The notes under the pieces are model-generated. The model was not told the DNA's origin. It saw only the letters and a list, made by a program, of their open reading frames with translations, and ran no database searches. Position numbers and translations under genes: made by a program. Shown here in pieces: positions 1 to 16,000 of a DNA stretch of 47,443 bases; positions within the stretch are counted from its first letter, which is position 1; each line of letters starts with the position of its first letter. Origin of the DNA: Pseudomonadota bacterium (GTDB lineage: Bacteria; Pseudomonadota; Gammaproteobacteria; Burkholderiales; Ferrovaceae); NCBI GenBank assembly GCA_021808815.1, contig JAKBAT010000001.1, positions 1 to 47,443 of the forward strand. Reading direction: 5' to 3'.

Positions 1-2692
<2,692 letters not shown>

Positions 2693-2697
2693 CGTCC

Positions 2698-3522
2698 ATG
2701 GATGTGTTACTGCTGGGCAAGGCGGCCTTGTTGGGCATTGTGGAAGGTCTGACGGAGTTTCTGCCGGTTTCCAGCACCGGCCACCTGATCCTGGCGGGCA
2801 GTCTGCTCGATTTCAATGACGAAAAAGGCAAGGTATTTGAAATCGTCATCCAGTTTGCCGCGATCCTGGCGGTCTGCTGGGAATACCGGACTAAAGTGGT
2901 GTCCGTGGTAAGGGGGCTGCCCAGCGACCGCACGGCGCAACGCTTTGTTTTCAACCTTCTGGTGGCTTTTATGCCGGCAGCAGTGTTGGGGCTGCTCCTG
3001 GCGGGCCGCATCAAGAAATACCTGTTTGCCCCGGTCCCCGTGGCGCTCGCCTTCATCCTGGGCGCTTTTGTCATTCTCTGGGTCGAACGCCGGCAACAGC
3101 GCGTGGCGCTGGACAACCTCGATGCCATGGACTGGCGCCTGGCACTCAAGATCGGATTCTGTCAGGCGGCAGCGCTGATTCCAGGCACCTCCCGGTCCGG
3201 CGCCACCATCATGGGGGGACTGTATTTCGGATTGTCACGTACCGCAGCCACCGAATTTTCATTTTTCCTGGCGATACCGACCCTGTTTGCTGCCACATTG
3301 CACGAAGTCGTGAAATACCACCATTTATTCCAAAGGGAAGACCTGGGGCTGTTTGCCGTCGGCTCCCTGTTTTCTTTTGTTTTTGCCTTCCTCACAGTGC
3401 GTGCCTTGCTGCGGTTCGTCAGCCACCACCGTTTCACGGTATTTGCCGGTTATCGCATTCTCTTCGGAATCGTCGTACTGGGAACCAGTACCATGGGGTG
3501 GGTCAACTGGACGGCCGGATAG
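2698..3522 (+). CDS. uppP: Undecaprenyl-diphosphatase
   Basis: The [18 protein letters not shown] and [10 protein letters not shown] motifs are typical of UppP/BacA. I chose the ATG at 2698. The track ORF begins at a GTG at 2689 that overlaps the thiC stop. Confidence 0.92.
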   Translation: MDVLLLGKAALLGIVEGLTEFLPVSSTGHLILAGSLLDFNDEKGKVFEIVIQFAAILAVCWEYRTKVVSVVRGLPSDRTAQRFVFNLLVAFMPAAVLGLLLAGRIKKYLFAPVPVALAFILGAFVILWVERRQQRVALDNLDAMDWRLALKIGFCQAAALIPGTSRSGATIMGGLYFGLSRTAATEFSFFLAIPTLFAATLHEVVKYHHLFQREDLGLFAVGSLFSFVFAFLTVRALLRFVSHHRFTVFAGYRILFGIVVLGTSTMGWVNWTAG

Positions 3523-3528
3523 ACGCGT

Positions 3529-3711
3529 TCAGATTTCAATCAGTTCGAAATCTTCCTTGCGTGCGCCGCATTCCGGACATACCCAGTTCACTGGAACATC
3601 TTCCCAGCGTGTATAGGGCGGAATGCCATCATCCGGTGCACCCAGTTCCTCGTCGTAGATATATCCGCAAATCAGGCAAAGGTAGGTTTTGTACCCGGTG
3701 ACAGCATCCAT
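3529..3711 (-). CDS. Rubredoxin
   Basis: 60 aa with the two CxxCG knuckles (CLICGYIYDE ... WVCPECGA) and overall rubredoxin length and pattern. Confidence 0.9.
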   Translation of the reverse strand: MDAVTGYKTYLCLICGYIYDEELGAPDDGIPPYTRWEDVPVNWVCPECGARKEDFELIEI

Positions 3712-3751
3712 GGTTTTCCTGGAATTGAGTTAGAATGGTCATTAGCCTCGC

Positions 3752-3780
3752 ATCATAAAACCTGAAATCCGTAAGAGCAA
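3752..3780 (-). promoter_or_regulatory. Candidate sigma70 promoter for rubredoxin (TTGCTC-17 nt-TATGAT)
   Basis: Read on the - strand: -35 TTGCTC (3780-3775), 17-nt spacer, -10 TATGAT (3757-3752), about 40 nt upstream of the ATG. Sequence match only. Confidence 0.3.
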
Positions 3781-3789
3781 CTTTCACTC

Positions 3790-4620
3790 ATGACGCCTTC
3801 TCCACCCGCCGTTCTGGTATTCGCAGCCACTGATCCCAGCGGCGGTGCCGGCTTGCAGGCCGACGTCCTGACGCTTGCCAGCATGGGTTGTCACCCCTTG
3901 TCCGTTGTCACGGGCGTGACCATCCAGGACACCACCGGTGTGGAAGACATTTTTGCCCTGGATGCGGAATGGGTGGCAGATCAGGCCCGTTGCATCCTGG
4001 AAGACGTCCCGGTGGCCGTATTCAAACTGGGCGTCCTGGGCAGCGTGGAAGCCATCGCCGCCATCGCCGAGATTGTTTCCGACTACCCTGAAGTACCACT
4101 GGTGCTGGATCCCATTCTGTCCAGTGGTCGGGGGGACGAACTGGCTTCTGAAGACATGCTGTCCGCCCTGCGTGAACTGATCATTCCCCAATCCACCATT
4201 GTGACGCCCAATACACTGGAGATTTTGCGCATTGCCTATGATGATCCCCCGGAAGAAGGGCATCCCGATCTGGCGGAAGCTGCGCGTCTGGTGATGGAAA
4301 CGGGTTGCGAATACGTGCTGATTACGGGAACGCACAGCAATTCTTCCCAAGTCATCAATACCCTGTACGGTCGCGAAGGAGTGATCCGCTCGGATGGATG
4401 GGAACGACTGATGGGCAGCTACCATGGTTCGGGTTGCACCCTCAGTTCCGCCATCGCCGCCGGCCTGGCGCAGGGGCTCGAGATGGCCGAGGCAGTGGCC
4501 GAAGCGCAGGAATACACCTGGCAGACACTCAAGGATGGATTTCGACTGGGAATGGGGCAGCCCATTCCGGATCGTCTTTTCTGGGCGCGCGAAGAACCCC
4601 CTGCCAGCGATGTACACTGA
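3790..4620 (+). CDS. thiD: Hydroxymethylpyrimidine/phosphomethylpyrimidine kinase
   Basis: 276 aa. The N-terminal ATDPSGGAGLQADVLT and the later GTHS and GSGCTLSSAIAA motifs are typical of ThiD. Confidence 0.93.
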   Translation: MTPSPPAVLVFAATDPSGGAGLQADVLTLASMGCHPLSVVTGVTIQDTTGVEDIFALDAEWVADQARCILEDVPVAVFKLGVLGSVEAIAAIAEIVSDYPEVPLVLDPILSSGRGDELASEDMLSALRELIIPQSTIVTPNTLEILRIAYDDPPEEGHPDLAEAARLVMETGCEYVLITGTHSNSSQVINTLYGREGVIRSDGWERLMGSYHGSGCTLSSAIAAGLAQGLEMAEAVAEAQEYTWQTLKDGFRLGMGQPIPDRLFWAREEPPASDVH

Positions 4621-5260
4621 ACGTTCCCCCATTCGGGGGTTGTATGCCATCACGCCGGACATTCCGGATACCCATCAGTTGCAGCATCGGGTACAACAGG
4701 CCATCGATGGTGGCGTGAAGCTCCTGCAGTACCGGGCCAAATCCCTCGTCCCCGCCATGCGATTGCAGCAGGCAAGAGCCTTGGCAGCCCAGTGCGCTGC
4801 CCAGGGAGTGCACTTTATCGTCAATGATGATCGGGGGTTGGCCCAAACCTGCCAGGCGACAGGAGTTCATCTGGGGCTTCATGATGAAGAAACAGAAGAT
4901 AAGGAATTCGGCAATAGTAAGCACTCACTTTTAGTGGGGATCTCCTGCTATGATTCCCTCCAGCGTGCCCAGGCCGCAGAACTGCGGGGCGCAGATTACG
5001 TTGCTTTTGGCAGCATGTTTCCCTCTCCAACCAAACCCGCCGCCACCCGTGCCCCCCTTTCCCTGTTGCACGACGCAAAGCAGCAACTCCGTATTCCCGT
5101 CGTGGCCATCGGGGGGATTACCCTGCCCCATATGGACGCGCTGGTAAAGACCGGCATCGACGCCGTTGCCGTCGTTTCCGCCCTGTTCGATGCCCCGGAC
5201 ATTACCGCCGCCGCACGACATTTCAACGCTTATTTTGGTGAATCCCATGTCCAGTCGTAA
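4610..5260 (+). CDS. thiE: Thiamine-phosphate synthase
   Basis: The ThiE-like region starts at the internal ATG 4610 ([17 protein letters not shown]...). The upstream part of the track ORF (4424-4609) lies inside thiD in another frame. The start overlaps the thiD end by 11 nt. Confidence 0.9.
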   Translation: MYTERSPIRGLYAITPDIPDTHQLQHRVQQAIDGGVKLLQYRAKSLVPAMRLQQARALAAQCAAQGVHFIVNDDRGLAQTCQATGVHLGLHDEETEDKEFGNSKHSLLVGISCYDSLQRAQAAELRGADYVAFGSMFPSPTKPAATRAPLSLLHDAKQQLRIPVVAIGGITLPHMDALVKTGIDAVAVVSALFDAPDITAAARHFNAYFGESHVQS

Positions 5261-6530
5261 CGACCAGCTTTTCGAACGTGCCCAGAAACGGATTCCGGGC
5301 GGTGTCAACTCACCCGTGCGTGCTTTCCGGGCAGTGGGCGGAAGCCCGCGGTTTTTCGTTCGTGGCGCCGGACCTCGCGTCTGGGATGCCGATGAAAAGG
5401 AATACGTGGACTATGTCTGTTCCTGGGGGCCCCTTTTGCATGGACATGCCCATCCCGATGTCATTGCGGCCGTGAAAGCGGCCGCAGACCGTGGCCTGAG
5501 TTTTGGCGCCCCGACAGAACTGGAAACCGAACTCGCCGAACTGATTTGCCAGCTCGTGCCCTCCATCGAACAGGTTCGCCTGACCAGTTCCGGGACCGAG
5601 GCCACCATGAGTGCCATTCGTCTTGCACGCGGCTTTACAGGACGCACTGCCATCGTGAAATTCGAAGGTTGCTATCACGGCCATGGAGACGCCCTGCTGG
5701 TCAAGGCCGGTTCGGGAGCCCTGACCTTCGGACAGCCGGATTCGGGCGGAGTACCCGCGGAACTCGCCGCACAGACCCTGGTGCTGGAATACAACAACAT
5801 CGCCCAGCTCGATGCCCTGTTTGCACAACAGGGGGACACCATTGCAGCAGTCATCGTTGAACCTGTGGCCGGCAACATGAACATGGTGCTGCCCCGGCCG
5901 GCATTCCTGTCCCACCTGCGCCAGCTCACGCAAGCGCACGGGGCCCTGCTCATTTTCGATGAAGTCATGACAGGGTTCCGCGTCGCCCTGGGAGGAGCAC
6001 AATCCCTCTACGGCATTCGCCCGGATCTCACCACGCTGGGCAAGGTCATTGGCGGGGGCATGCCGCTGGCGGCTTTTGGTGGGCGACGGGATGTCATGCA
6101 GCACTTGGCCCCTGTGGGGCCGGTCTACCAGGCGGGAACGTTGTCAGGCAACCCGGTGGCCGTCACTGCGGGATTGTCGACCCTCCGGCTCGCCATGGCT
6201 TCCGGCTTGTACGAGCGTTTGGGAGACATGACACGGGCCGTGACCGAGGGCATTGCCGAAGCAGGCCGCCAGCGCGGTTTTGCACTCTCAACCTGTGCGC
6301 TGGGGGGCATGTTCGGGTTGTACTTCAGGGAAACGCTTCCCTCCAACCTCAGTGAAGTCATGACGGCTGACAAGGAACGATTCAAGCGTTTCTTTCACGG
6401 CATGCTGGAAGCCGGCATTTACCTTGCGCCTTCCGCATTCGAAGCCGGTTTCGTCTCCAGCGTTCACGGCCCTGCCGAGCTGGATCGTACCCTGAGCGCT
6501 GCCGAAACGGTTTTCAGTCAGATCTCCTGA
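5247..6530 (+). CDS. hemL: Glutamate-1-semialdehyde 2,1-aminomutase
   Basis: 427 aa from ATG 5247 ([27 protein letters not shown]...), with a class-III aminotransferase pattern including FDEVMTGFR. Overlaps the thiE end by 14 nt. Confidence 0.95.
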   Translation: MSSRNDQLFERAQKRIPGGVNSPVRAFRAVGGSPRFFVRGAGPRVWDADEKEYVDYVCSWGPLLHGHAHPDVIAAVKAAADRGLSFGAPTELETELAELICQLVPSIEQVRLTSSGTEATMSAIRLARGFTGRTAIVKFEGCYHGHGDALLVKAGSGALTFGQPDSGGVPAELAAQTLVLEYNNIAQLDALFAQQGDTIAAVIVEPVAGNMNMVLPRPAFLSHLRQLTQAHGALLIFDEVMTGFRVALGGAQSLYGIRPDLTTLGKVIGGGMPLAAFGGRRDVMQHLAPVGPVYQAGTLSGNPVAVTAGLSTLRLAMASGLYERLGDMTRAVTEGIAEAGRQRGFALSTCALGGMFGLYFRETLPSNLSEVMTADKERFKRFFHGMLEAGIYLAPSAFEAGFVSSVHGPAELDRTLSAAETVFSQIS

Positions 6531-6533
6531 GCC

Positions 6534-7139
6534 GTGTCTTTTTTCCAAAAAGCCCAGTTTTTCACCACCGCAGCGGACTGGGCCAGCCTGCCCCCGGACC
6601 AGGGCATCGAAGTGGCTTTTGCCGGGCGCTCAAATGCTGGAAAATCAAGTACAATCAACGTGTTATCCAACAGATCCCGGTTGGCCTTCACCAGCAAGAC
6701 CCCTGGCAGAACCCAACACATCAATTTTTTCAGCCTGGGCGCGGAACGTTTCCTGGTGGATCTTCCGGGATATGGGTTCGCACAAGTCCCCTTGTCCGTC
6801 AAAAAACACTGGCAACTGCTCCTGTCGGATTACCTGGCGCACCGCAATGCCCTGAAAGGGCTCGTTCTGCTGATGGATATCCGCCATCCCCTGACACCGC
6901 TCGACCGTCAATTGCTGGACTGGTTTATGCCCAGCCAAAAACCGGTCGTGATACTGCTCACCAAAAGCGACAAGCTGGGTCGGGGGGCACGCATGAGTAC
7001 GGTCCACGAGGTCCGCAAGGCACTTGAAAACACGTTACAACCTATTGAAATAATTCCATTTTCCAGCATGTCTCGGGAAGGGTTGGAAGCGGCTGAAGCG
7101 GCCATTGCGCAGTTGTACGAACCGCGTCCGGCAGGCTGA
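6534..7139 (+). CDS. engB: Ribosome biogenesis GTPase EngB/YihA
   Basis: 201 aa with G1 GRSNAGKSS, DLPGYG and TKSDK motifs. GTG start 3 nt after the hemL stop. Confidence 0.9.
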   Translation: MSFFQKAQFFTTAADWASLPPDQGIEVAFAGRSNAGKSSTINVLSNRSRLAFTSKTPGRTQHINFFSLGAERFLVDLPGYGFAQVPLSVKKHWQLLLSDYLAHRNALKGLVLLMDIRHPLTPLDRQLLDWFMPSQKPVVILLTKSDKLGRGARMSTVHEVRKALENTLQPIEIIPFSSMSREGLEAAEAAIAQLYEPRPAG

Positions 7140-7170
7140 AAAAAAACCCGCGTTCTTTTGGGAACGCGGG
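7139..7170 (-). terminator. Rho-independent terminator oriented on the - strand
   Basis: 9-bp GC-rich stem CCCGCGTTC (7147-7155) / GAACGCGGG (7162-7170) with a 6-nt loop. An A8 run (7139-7146) lies on the + strand, so on the - strand the order is stem then U8. There is no T-run on the + strand side. Confidence 0.6.
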
Positions 7171-8902
<1,732 letters not shown>

Positions 8903-8917
8903 GGCGGTCTCCGGAAA

Positions 8918-11176
8918 TCAATTGAGGCGGACAGGTTCTGAATAAAAATACTCATCCACGCGATTTTTGTCGCTTGGGTCGAGTTTCCCGGTTTCGGGAT
9001 TGATGGGGACGACATTGATGCCGGGGGGAATGACCAGCGGGCTCTCCGGAATGGTTTTCAACGCCTGTTCCATGTAGGAAATCCAGATGGGCAAAGCGGC
9101 CTGGGCACCTGTTTCGTGAGCCCCCAGCGAAGCCGGCTTGTCGAAACCTACCCAGGCAATGGCCACCAGGCTGGGCTGAAACCCTGAAAACCAGGCATCC
9201 ACGTGCTCGTTCGTGGTACCCGTTTTCCCCGCCAGGTCACTGCGTCCGAGACTCAGTGCCCGCGTTGCCGTACCCATGCGAATCACGTCACGCATCATGC
9301 TCGTCATGATAAAGGCATTGCGGGGATCAATCACCTGTTCCGCCCCCTCGCCGGCAGCTTGGGGGTGGTTTTTGCTGATCACGTTGCCTTGTCCATCGAG
9401 CACGCGGTCAATATAGTAGGGCGTGACCTTGTAACCCCCATTGGCAAATACGGCATATGCCGTGGCCATTTGCAGCGGGCTGGCCGCACCTGCTCCGAGC
9501 GCCATGCTGAGATAGGGCGGGTGCTTGTCCCCATCGAAACCGAATCGCAAGATGTACTGGTGCGCATAGGCAGGTGTAATGGCCTGCAACACCCGAATGG
9601 CGATCATGTTTTTGGATTTTGCCAAACCCACCCGCAAGCGGATGGGCCCCAGATACTCGTTTTCATAATTGTGCGGCTCCCAGGGCTCCCCATTGTTCAT
9701 GGCAGGATCGGTAATGCTGATGGGCGTATCGTTGACCAGGGTCGCCGGAGTAAAGCCTTTTTCCAGGGCCGCGGAATAAATGAAGGGTTTGAAGCTGGAC
9801 CCCGGTTGGCGAAACGCCTGGGTCACGTGATTGAATTTGTTCTGATAGAAATCAAATCCCCCCACCAAGGCCCGAATGGCCCCATTGTGGCTGTCGAGAG
9901 ACACCAGGGCGGCTTCCACATCGGGATACTGCGTAATCTCCCAGCTTCCGCCAGGACCGCGACTGACCCGGATGATCGCGCCGCGCCTGATCCTCAAGGC
10001 ACCGGGGGCATTGGCGGCAAGGGCACTTTTGGCAAAAGAAAGCCCTTCGCCTTTAATGGAAACCATTCCGGTGGATTTGACATAGGCCTGCACTTCCTTG
10101 TCGGATGCCTGCACCACCACACCGGGGTAGAGATCGTCGCTGATTTCCGTATCCGACAGGGCATCTTCGAGCTCCTCATCCGAAACTCCCCCAGACGCCG
10201 GCAGTTCCGCGAAATCCTCAGGGCCGCGATACCCGTGGCGATGGTCGTAATCCATGACCCCCTGACGCACGGCCTGGTATGCGGCATCCTGGTCTGCTTT
10301 CAGCAAAGTGGTCACCACTTTGTAGCCCTTGTTGTAAACATCTTCTCCAAAGGCCTGCACCATGTACTGGCGTGCCATTTCTGCCACATAATCCGCCTTC
10401 AACGAAAAACCGGGGTGAAACGCAGTGGCCCGTCCAGGTGCACGCAGGGCTTGCTCGAATTCGGCATCATTGATGAACTTGAGATCGTGCATGCGCCGCA
10501 GCACATATTGCTGCCGCAGGGCAGCCCGTTTCGGATTGACGATCGGGTTGTAGCGGGAAGGCGCTTTCGGCAGCCCGGCCAGCATCGCCATTTCCGCTAT
10601 GCTCAACTGATCCAGGGAACGCCCATAATAGACATAGGCAGCCGCACCAAAACCATACGCACGTTGCCCAAGATAAATTTGGTTGATGTAAAGCTCCAGA
10701 ATCTGGTCTTTGGACAGGTTGCTTTCGATTTTGAAAGCCAGCAACACTTCAGAGAGTTTCCGCGCAAAGGTCTTCTCGTTGCTCAGGAAGAAGTTTCGGG
10801 CCACCTGCATGGTAATGGTGCTGGCCCCTTCCTTGGCCCGGGCTGAAAACAGGTTGGCCAGCATTGCCCGCAAAACCCCCTGGTAATCCACGGCGCCATG
10901 CTGGTAAAAACGATCATCCTCGGCAGCAAGAATCGCCTGGCGCATCCGCAAGGGAACTGCCTTGAGCTTGAGCACGGCACGGCGTTCTTCCCCAAATTCC
11001 CCGATCAGTTGATCGTCGGCAGTAAACACCCGTAACGGCACCTTGGGCCGGTAATCGGTCATGGTTTCCAGGCTGGGCAGATTGGGATAAATCAGTGCCA
11101 GCGCCAGCACGATAACGCCTACCCCCACCAGGCCCAGGGTCGCCAGAATGGCCAAAGGAACAAGAAGGATCCGCAT
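8918..11176 (-). CDS. mrcA: Penicillin-binding protein 1A (bifunctional glycosyltransferase/transpeptidase)
   Basis: GT51 motifs (AILAAEDDRFYQH, GASTITMQVARN) and transpeptidase motifs (GSSFKPF, KTGTT). I chose the start at ATG 11176 (MRILLVPLAILATLG..., a TM anchor). The upstream 47 codons of the track ORF look non-coding. Confidence 0.93.
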   Translation of the reverse strand: MRILLVPLAILATLGLVGVGVIVLALALIYPNLPSLETMTDYRPKVPLRVFTADDQLIGEFGEERRAVLKLKAVPLRMRQAILAAEDDRFYQHGAVDYQGVLRAMLANLFSARAKEGASTITMQVARNFFLSNEKTFARKLSEVLLAFKIESNLSKDQILELYINQIYLGQRAYGFGAAAYVYYGRSLDQLSIAEMAMLAGLPKAPSRYNPIVNPKRAALRQQYVLRRMHDLKFINDAEFEQALRAPGRATAFHPGFSLKADYVAEMARQYMVQAFGEDVYNKGYKVVTTLLKADQDAAYQAVRQGVMDYDHRHGYRGPEDFAELPASGGVSDEELEDALSDTEISDDLYPGVVVQASDKEVQAYVKSTGMVSIKGEGLSFAKSALAANAPGALRIRRGAIIRVSRGPGGSWEITQYPDVEAALVSLDSHNGAIRALVGGFDFYQNKFNHVTQAFRQPGSSFKPFIYSAALEKGFTPATLVNDTPISITDPAMNNGEPWEPHNYENEYLGPIRLRVGLAKSKNMIAIRVLQAITPAYAHQYILRFGFDGDKHPPYLSMALGAGAASPLQMATAYAVFANGGYKVTPYYIDRVLDGQGNVISKNHPQAAGEGAEQVIDPRNAFIMTSMMRDVIRMGTATRALSLGRSDLAGKTGTTNEHVDAWFSGFQPSLVAIAWVGFDKPASLGAHETGAQAALPIWISYMEQALKTIPESPLVIPPGINVVPINPETGKLDPSDKNRVDEYFYSEPVRLN

Positions 11177-11241
11177 TGACTGAGTGCACTTTGAAGTCGA
11201 TTGCCCCGCATTATAAGGGGTCCCTCGGATACAATGTGCAG

Positions 11242-11784
11242 ATGAGTGCAGACCGCAATTTTTTTCTGGTGGGGCTGATGGGGGCCGGAAAGACCACGAT
11301 TGGACGTGCTTTGGCACGCCGCCTGAACCTTCAATTCATAGATTCGGACCATGAAATCGAGGAACGCACCGGCGTTCGGATAGCAACCATTTTTGAGCTG
11401 GAAGGGGAATCGGGCTTTCGCACCCGCGAAGAGGATGTCCTGTCGCAGCTGGTGCAACGCCAGGGCGTCGTACTGGCCACCGGGGGAGGGGCCGTGCTGA
11501 GCGCCAAAACCCGTGCGGCATTGCGCCATCACGGCACCGTCATTTATTTGCGCGCCTGCCCTGACGATTTATGGCAACGCACCCGTCACGACCGCAACCG
11601 GCCCCTGTTGCAAACGCCGGACCCCAGGGCGCGCCTGCAGGAGCTCTTCAACGAGCGTGACCCCTTGTATCGCGACGTGGCGCACATCATTGTCAATACC
11701 GCCCATCAAAGCGTCCAGAAACTGGTAACGCAACTGGAGCTCGAAATTGAGCAACAACCTGTTCATGAAGACTCTGACCGTTAA
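11242..11784 (+). CDS. aroK: Shikimate kinase
   Basis: Starts at ATG 11242 ([25 protein letters not shown]...), with a Walker A motif and shikimate kinase length (180 aa). Confidence 0.92.
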   Translation: MSADRNFFLVGLMGAGKTTIGRALARRLNLQFIDSDHEIEERTGVRIATIFELEGESGFRTREEDVLSQLVQRQGVVLATGGGAVLSAKTRAALRHHGTVIYLRACPDDLWQRTRHDRNRPLLQTPDPRARLQELFNERDPLYRDVAHIIVNTAHQSVQKLVTQLELEIEQQPVHEDSDR

Positions 11785-12883
11785 CGCTTCCGGGGCTTCC
11801 TATCCCATTCAGATCGGGCCCGGCCTGTTATCGCAAGCCGACCTCATCCAGGCCCATCTGGAGCGCCCGGATGCCTTCATCGTCACCAATACCACGGTAG
11901 CCCGGTATTATCTGGCACCCTTGCAACGGACATTGCGTGAAATCGGGGTCCGCACATTCGACCTGATACTGCCTGATGGCGAAACCTATAAAAACCGTGA
12001 GTCCCTGCATGCGATCCACGATGCGCTGCTCTCCCATCGTTGCGAGCGCAAAACCACTGTCATCGCCCTGGGTGGCGGAGTTGTGGGTGACTTGGCAGGC
12101 TTTGCCGCGGCCACCTTCCTGCGGGGCGTTCCTCTGATTCAGATTCCGACCACGCTGCTGGCGCAAGTGGATTCCTCAGTGGGAGGAAAAACCGGGATCA
12201 ACCACCCCCTCGGAAAAAACCTGATCGGCGCATTTCACCAGCCGCGCCTGGTACTGGCAGACACACAAACGCTCGATACACTGCCCGTTCGGGAGTTTCG
12301 GGCGGGTGTGGCAGAAATCATCAAATACGGACTGATCCGTGACCTGCCCTTCCTGGATTGGCTGGACCTTCATCTCGAAGCCCTGATGGCACGGGACCCG
12401 GAGATCCTGGCGCAGGCGATCCTGGTGTCATGCCGCAACAAGGCAGAAGTGGTTGCCCAGGACGAGTTTGAAACCACGGGCCTGAGGGCATTGTTGAATC
12501 TGGGGCATACATTTGGCCATGCCATTGAAACCGGTGCCGGTTATGGCACATGGTTACACGGAGAGGCGGTTGCAGCCGGCATGCTTCTCGCAGCGGCCTT
12601 GTCCGAACGAATGGGCTGGATCGATAAAGCAGCACTGGACCGTATCGAAAACCTGATCCGTCGCGCCGGGTTGCCCACGCAAGCGCCTGATTTCGGGGCC
12701 TCCCGCTACCTTGCCTGGATGGCCTCCGACAAGAAGGTGGATGCCGGCAGGATCCGTTTTGTCCTGCTCAAGCGCCTGGGGGAAGCCGTCCTGACTGCAG
12801 AGGCTCCGCTGGAGGAGGTCACGGCGATTCTCACCCCCGGTCAGAGCCGTTTCATCGAAAATCCCGGCGCCGCTCCCGGGTAA
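11765..12883 (+). CDS. aroB: 3-dehydroquinate synthase
   Basis: 372 aa from ATG 11765. [31 protein letters not shown] and HTFGHA motifs. Overlaps the aroK end by 20 nt. Confidence 0.93.
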   Translation: MKTLTVNASGASYPIQIGPGLLSQADLIQAHLERPDAFIVTNTTVARYYLAPLQRTLREIGVRTFDLILPDGETYKNRESLHAIHDALLSHRCERKTTVIALGGGVVGDLAGFAAATFLRGVPLIQIPTTLLAQVDSSVGGKTGINHPLGKNLIGAFHQPRLVLADTQTLDTLPVREFRAGVAEIIKYGLIRDLPFLDWLDLHLEALMARDPEILAQAILVSCRNKAEVVAQDEFETTGLRALLNLGHTFGHAIETGAGYGTWLHGEAVAAGMLLAAALSERMGWIDKAALDRIENLIRRAGLPTQAPDFGASRYLAWMASDKKVDAGRIRFVLLKRLGEAVLTAEAPLEEVTAILTPGQSRFIENPGAAPG

Positions 12884-12886
12884 ATC

Positions 12887-12915
12887 TTGCCCCATCAGGG
12901 GGATAGCTGTATCAT
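12887..12915 (+). promoter_or_regulatory. Candidate sigma70 promoter upstream of gltB (TTGCCC-17 nt-TATCAT)
   Basis: Hexamer match and spacing only, about 100 nt upstream of the gltB start. Confidence 0.25.
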
Positions 12916-13013
12916 CCTATGCCCGGTGCGTACACGCATAGTCCTGCCTGCGCCTGCGATTTGACTCCGGCATCCCCGGGCTTCTGACCATTTGAAACGC
13001 TGAGGTTACTCGA

Positions 13014-16000
13014 TTGATTCACCCTTCAATACCGCCCCGACAGGGCCTGTATGACCCTGCCCTCGAACATGATGCCTGCGGCGTGGGTTTTGTGGCCCAC
13101 ATAAAAGGCGTTCGGAGCCATGCCATTGTCCGGCAAGGGCTCCAGATCCTGGAAAACCTGACCCACCGGGGGGCCACCGGAGCCGATCCCCTCGCTGGCG
13201 ATGGCGCCGGGATCCTGATTCAGATGCCGGATGCGTTCCTGCGCAAGGAAACGGCACGACTGGGTTTTTCGTTGCCGCCAGAAGGCGGGTACGCCGTTGG
13301 CATGGTATTCCTGCCCCGGGACCCGGCTGCCCGCGCAACCTGCGAATCCATCCTGGAAAGTTGCGCACGGGAAGAAGGTCAGACTGTTCTGGGTTGGCGC
13401 GACGTGCCCACGGACAACAGCGGTCTGGGGGAGAGCGTCAAGCTGGTGGAACCGGTCATCCGGCAGGTTTTCCTGGCGCGGCCGGAAGCGATGGACCGCC
13501 ACGCATTTGAACGCAAGCTGTTCGTGCTGCGCAAACGCGCCGAACATCAGGTCTCGCAGGAAGGTATTGATCGCAAATGGTTTTACATGCCTTCCCTGTC
13601 TTCCCGCACGATCGTCTACAAGGGCATGCTGCTGGCAGACCAGGTGGGACATTTTTACCTTGACCTGGATGACCCGGAACTGGTTTCGGCGCTGGCCCTC
13701 GTGCACCAGCGGTTTTCCACCAACACATTCCCGACCTGGGATCTGGCCCATCCTTTTCGCATGATCGCCCATAACGGCGAAATCAACACCCTCCGTGGCA
13801 ACGTGAACTGGATGGCGGCCCGGCGCGGCGCCATGGCTTCCACCCTGTTGGGGGACGATCTGGGCAAAATCTGGCCCCTGATCGTGGAAGAACAATCGGA
13901 CTCCGCCTGCTTTGACAACGCGCTCGAACTGCTGGTGGCAGGAGGGTATTCATTGGCACAGGCCATGACCCTGCTCATTCCGGAAGCCTGGGCCGGCAAC
14001 CCGCTGATGGACGAGGAGCGTCGTGCCTATTACGAATACCACGCCGCCCTGATGGAACCCTGGGATGGTCCTGCCGCAGTGGCATTCACGGATGGACGAC
14101 AGATTGGCGCCACACTGGACCGTAACGGCTTGCGTCCCGCGCGCTATCTGCAGACCAGTGACGATTTGGTGCTGATGGCCTCCGAAATGGGGGTATTGCA
14201 GATCCCGCAGAACAAAATCGTGAAGAAGTGGCGTTTGCAGCCCGGAAAGATGCTCCTGATCGATCTGGAGCAGGGACGCATCATCAGTGACGCCGAGCTC
14301 AAGGCGCAGCTTGCCCGGCAGCACCCCTACCGCCAGTGGGTCTCCAGCACGCAGACACGCATTGAAGACCTGCCGGACAGCGCTTTGCCGCCACCCCCCG
14401 CCCAGGCCTCCCTGCTGGACCGCCAGCAAGCCTTTGGCGTCACCGAGGAAGAACTCAAGTTCCTGCTCGTTCCCATGGCCACTTCCGGGCAGGAAGCCGT
14501 TGGTTCCATGGGGGATGACACCCCGCTCGCCATTCTTTCCAACCGGCCCAAGTCCCTCTATCAGTATTTCCGGCAATTGTTTGCCCAGGTGACCAATCCG
14601 CCGATTGATCCGATCCGTGAAGAACTGGTGATGTCGCTGGTCTCCTTTATCGGCCCCCGGCCCAACCTTCTCTGGGTAGACGGCGCAAAACCGCAGCCAA
14701 GGCTGGAAGCCAGCCAGCCCGTACTTTCCTCTGGCGAGATGGAAACCATCCGGAATGTGGCGACCCTCACGCACGGCCAGTTCCGTTCCATCACAGTCTC
14801 CATGTGCTATCCCGTCACGGAAGGTGCTGCCGGAATGACCCATGCCCTGGATCGTCTCTGCCAGGCAGCGTTGTCGGCCGTCCAGCAGGGCAGCAATATC
14901 CTGGTCCTGTCCGATCGGGATCTGAGCGCCCGGCAGGTGGCCATTCCAGCATTGCTGGCCACGGCCGCTGTACATCACCACCTGGTGCGCAATGGATTGC
15001 GTACCAGCACCGGCCTGGTGGTGGAAACAGGCTCTGCCCGTGAAGTACATCATTTCGCCCTGCTTGCCGGATATGGCGCGGAAGCCGTTCACCCGTATCT
15101 CGCCTACGAAACGCTGCACACCATGGACCGCCATCTCCCGTCCGACCTGGACGCGAAGGATGCCTGCAAGCGCTACATCAAGGCCATTTCCAAGGGACTG
15201 CTCAAAGTCATGTCCAAAATGGGCATTTCCACTTACCAGTCTTATTGTGGTGCCCAGATATTTGAGGCCGTGGGGCTCAATTCAGCCTTCATCGCCCAGT
15301 ATTTCACTGGAACTGCCAGCACGGTGGAAGGCATCGGCCTTACCGAGGTTGCCGAAGAAACCTTGCGATTGCATACCCTGGCCTTTTCGGATGCCCCGCT
15401 CTACCGCGATGCCCTCGACACGGGCGGTGAATATGCCTATCGCATTCGTGGCGAAGCACACATGTGGACCCCTGACAGCATTGCCAAGCTTCAGAATGCC
15501 ACGCGTACCGGCAGCTACAGCGCCTACCGTGAGTATGCCAAGGCCATCAACGACCAGTCGCTGCGTCTCATGACCCTGCGTGGCCTGTTCGAACTCAAGC
15601 CGGCCGAGCAGCCGATCCCGTTATCGGAAGTGGAGCCAGCCCAGTCCATCGTCAAGCGCTTTGCCACGGGCGCCATGTCCCTGGGATCCATTTCCCACCA
15701 GGCGCACAGCACGCTGGCCATTGCCATGAACCGCATCGGCGGCAAGTCCAACACGGGCGAGGGTGGGGAAGACCCCCAACGCTTCAAATCCATGCCCAAT
15801 GGCGATTCCATGCGCTCGGCCATCAAGCAGGTGGCTTCCGGTCGTTTTGGCGTGACGACGGAATATCTGGTCAATGCCGACGACATTCAAATCAAGATGG
15901 CACAAGGTGCCAAGCCCGGCGAAGGGGGCCAGCTTCCTGGGCATAAAGTCAGCAAATACATTGGCAAACTGCGTCATTCCGTGCCAGGAGTCGGCCTGAT

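Noticed and set aside
9203-10846. A 547-aa + strand ORF inside mrcA, and the similar 387-aa ORF 27692-28855 inside atpD.
   Set aside because: The reasoning is the same: both are antisense to strongly conserved genes and show no motif content.
12925-12950. Nested inverted repeats CTATGC...GCATAG and TGCGT-AC-ACGCA upstream of gltB, considered as a regulator site.
   Set aside because: The arms are short (5-6 bp), the alternative pairings overlap, and no known consensus (NtrC, Lrp, sigma54) matches. The evidence is too weak to call.
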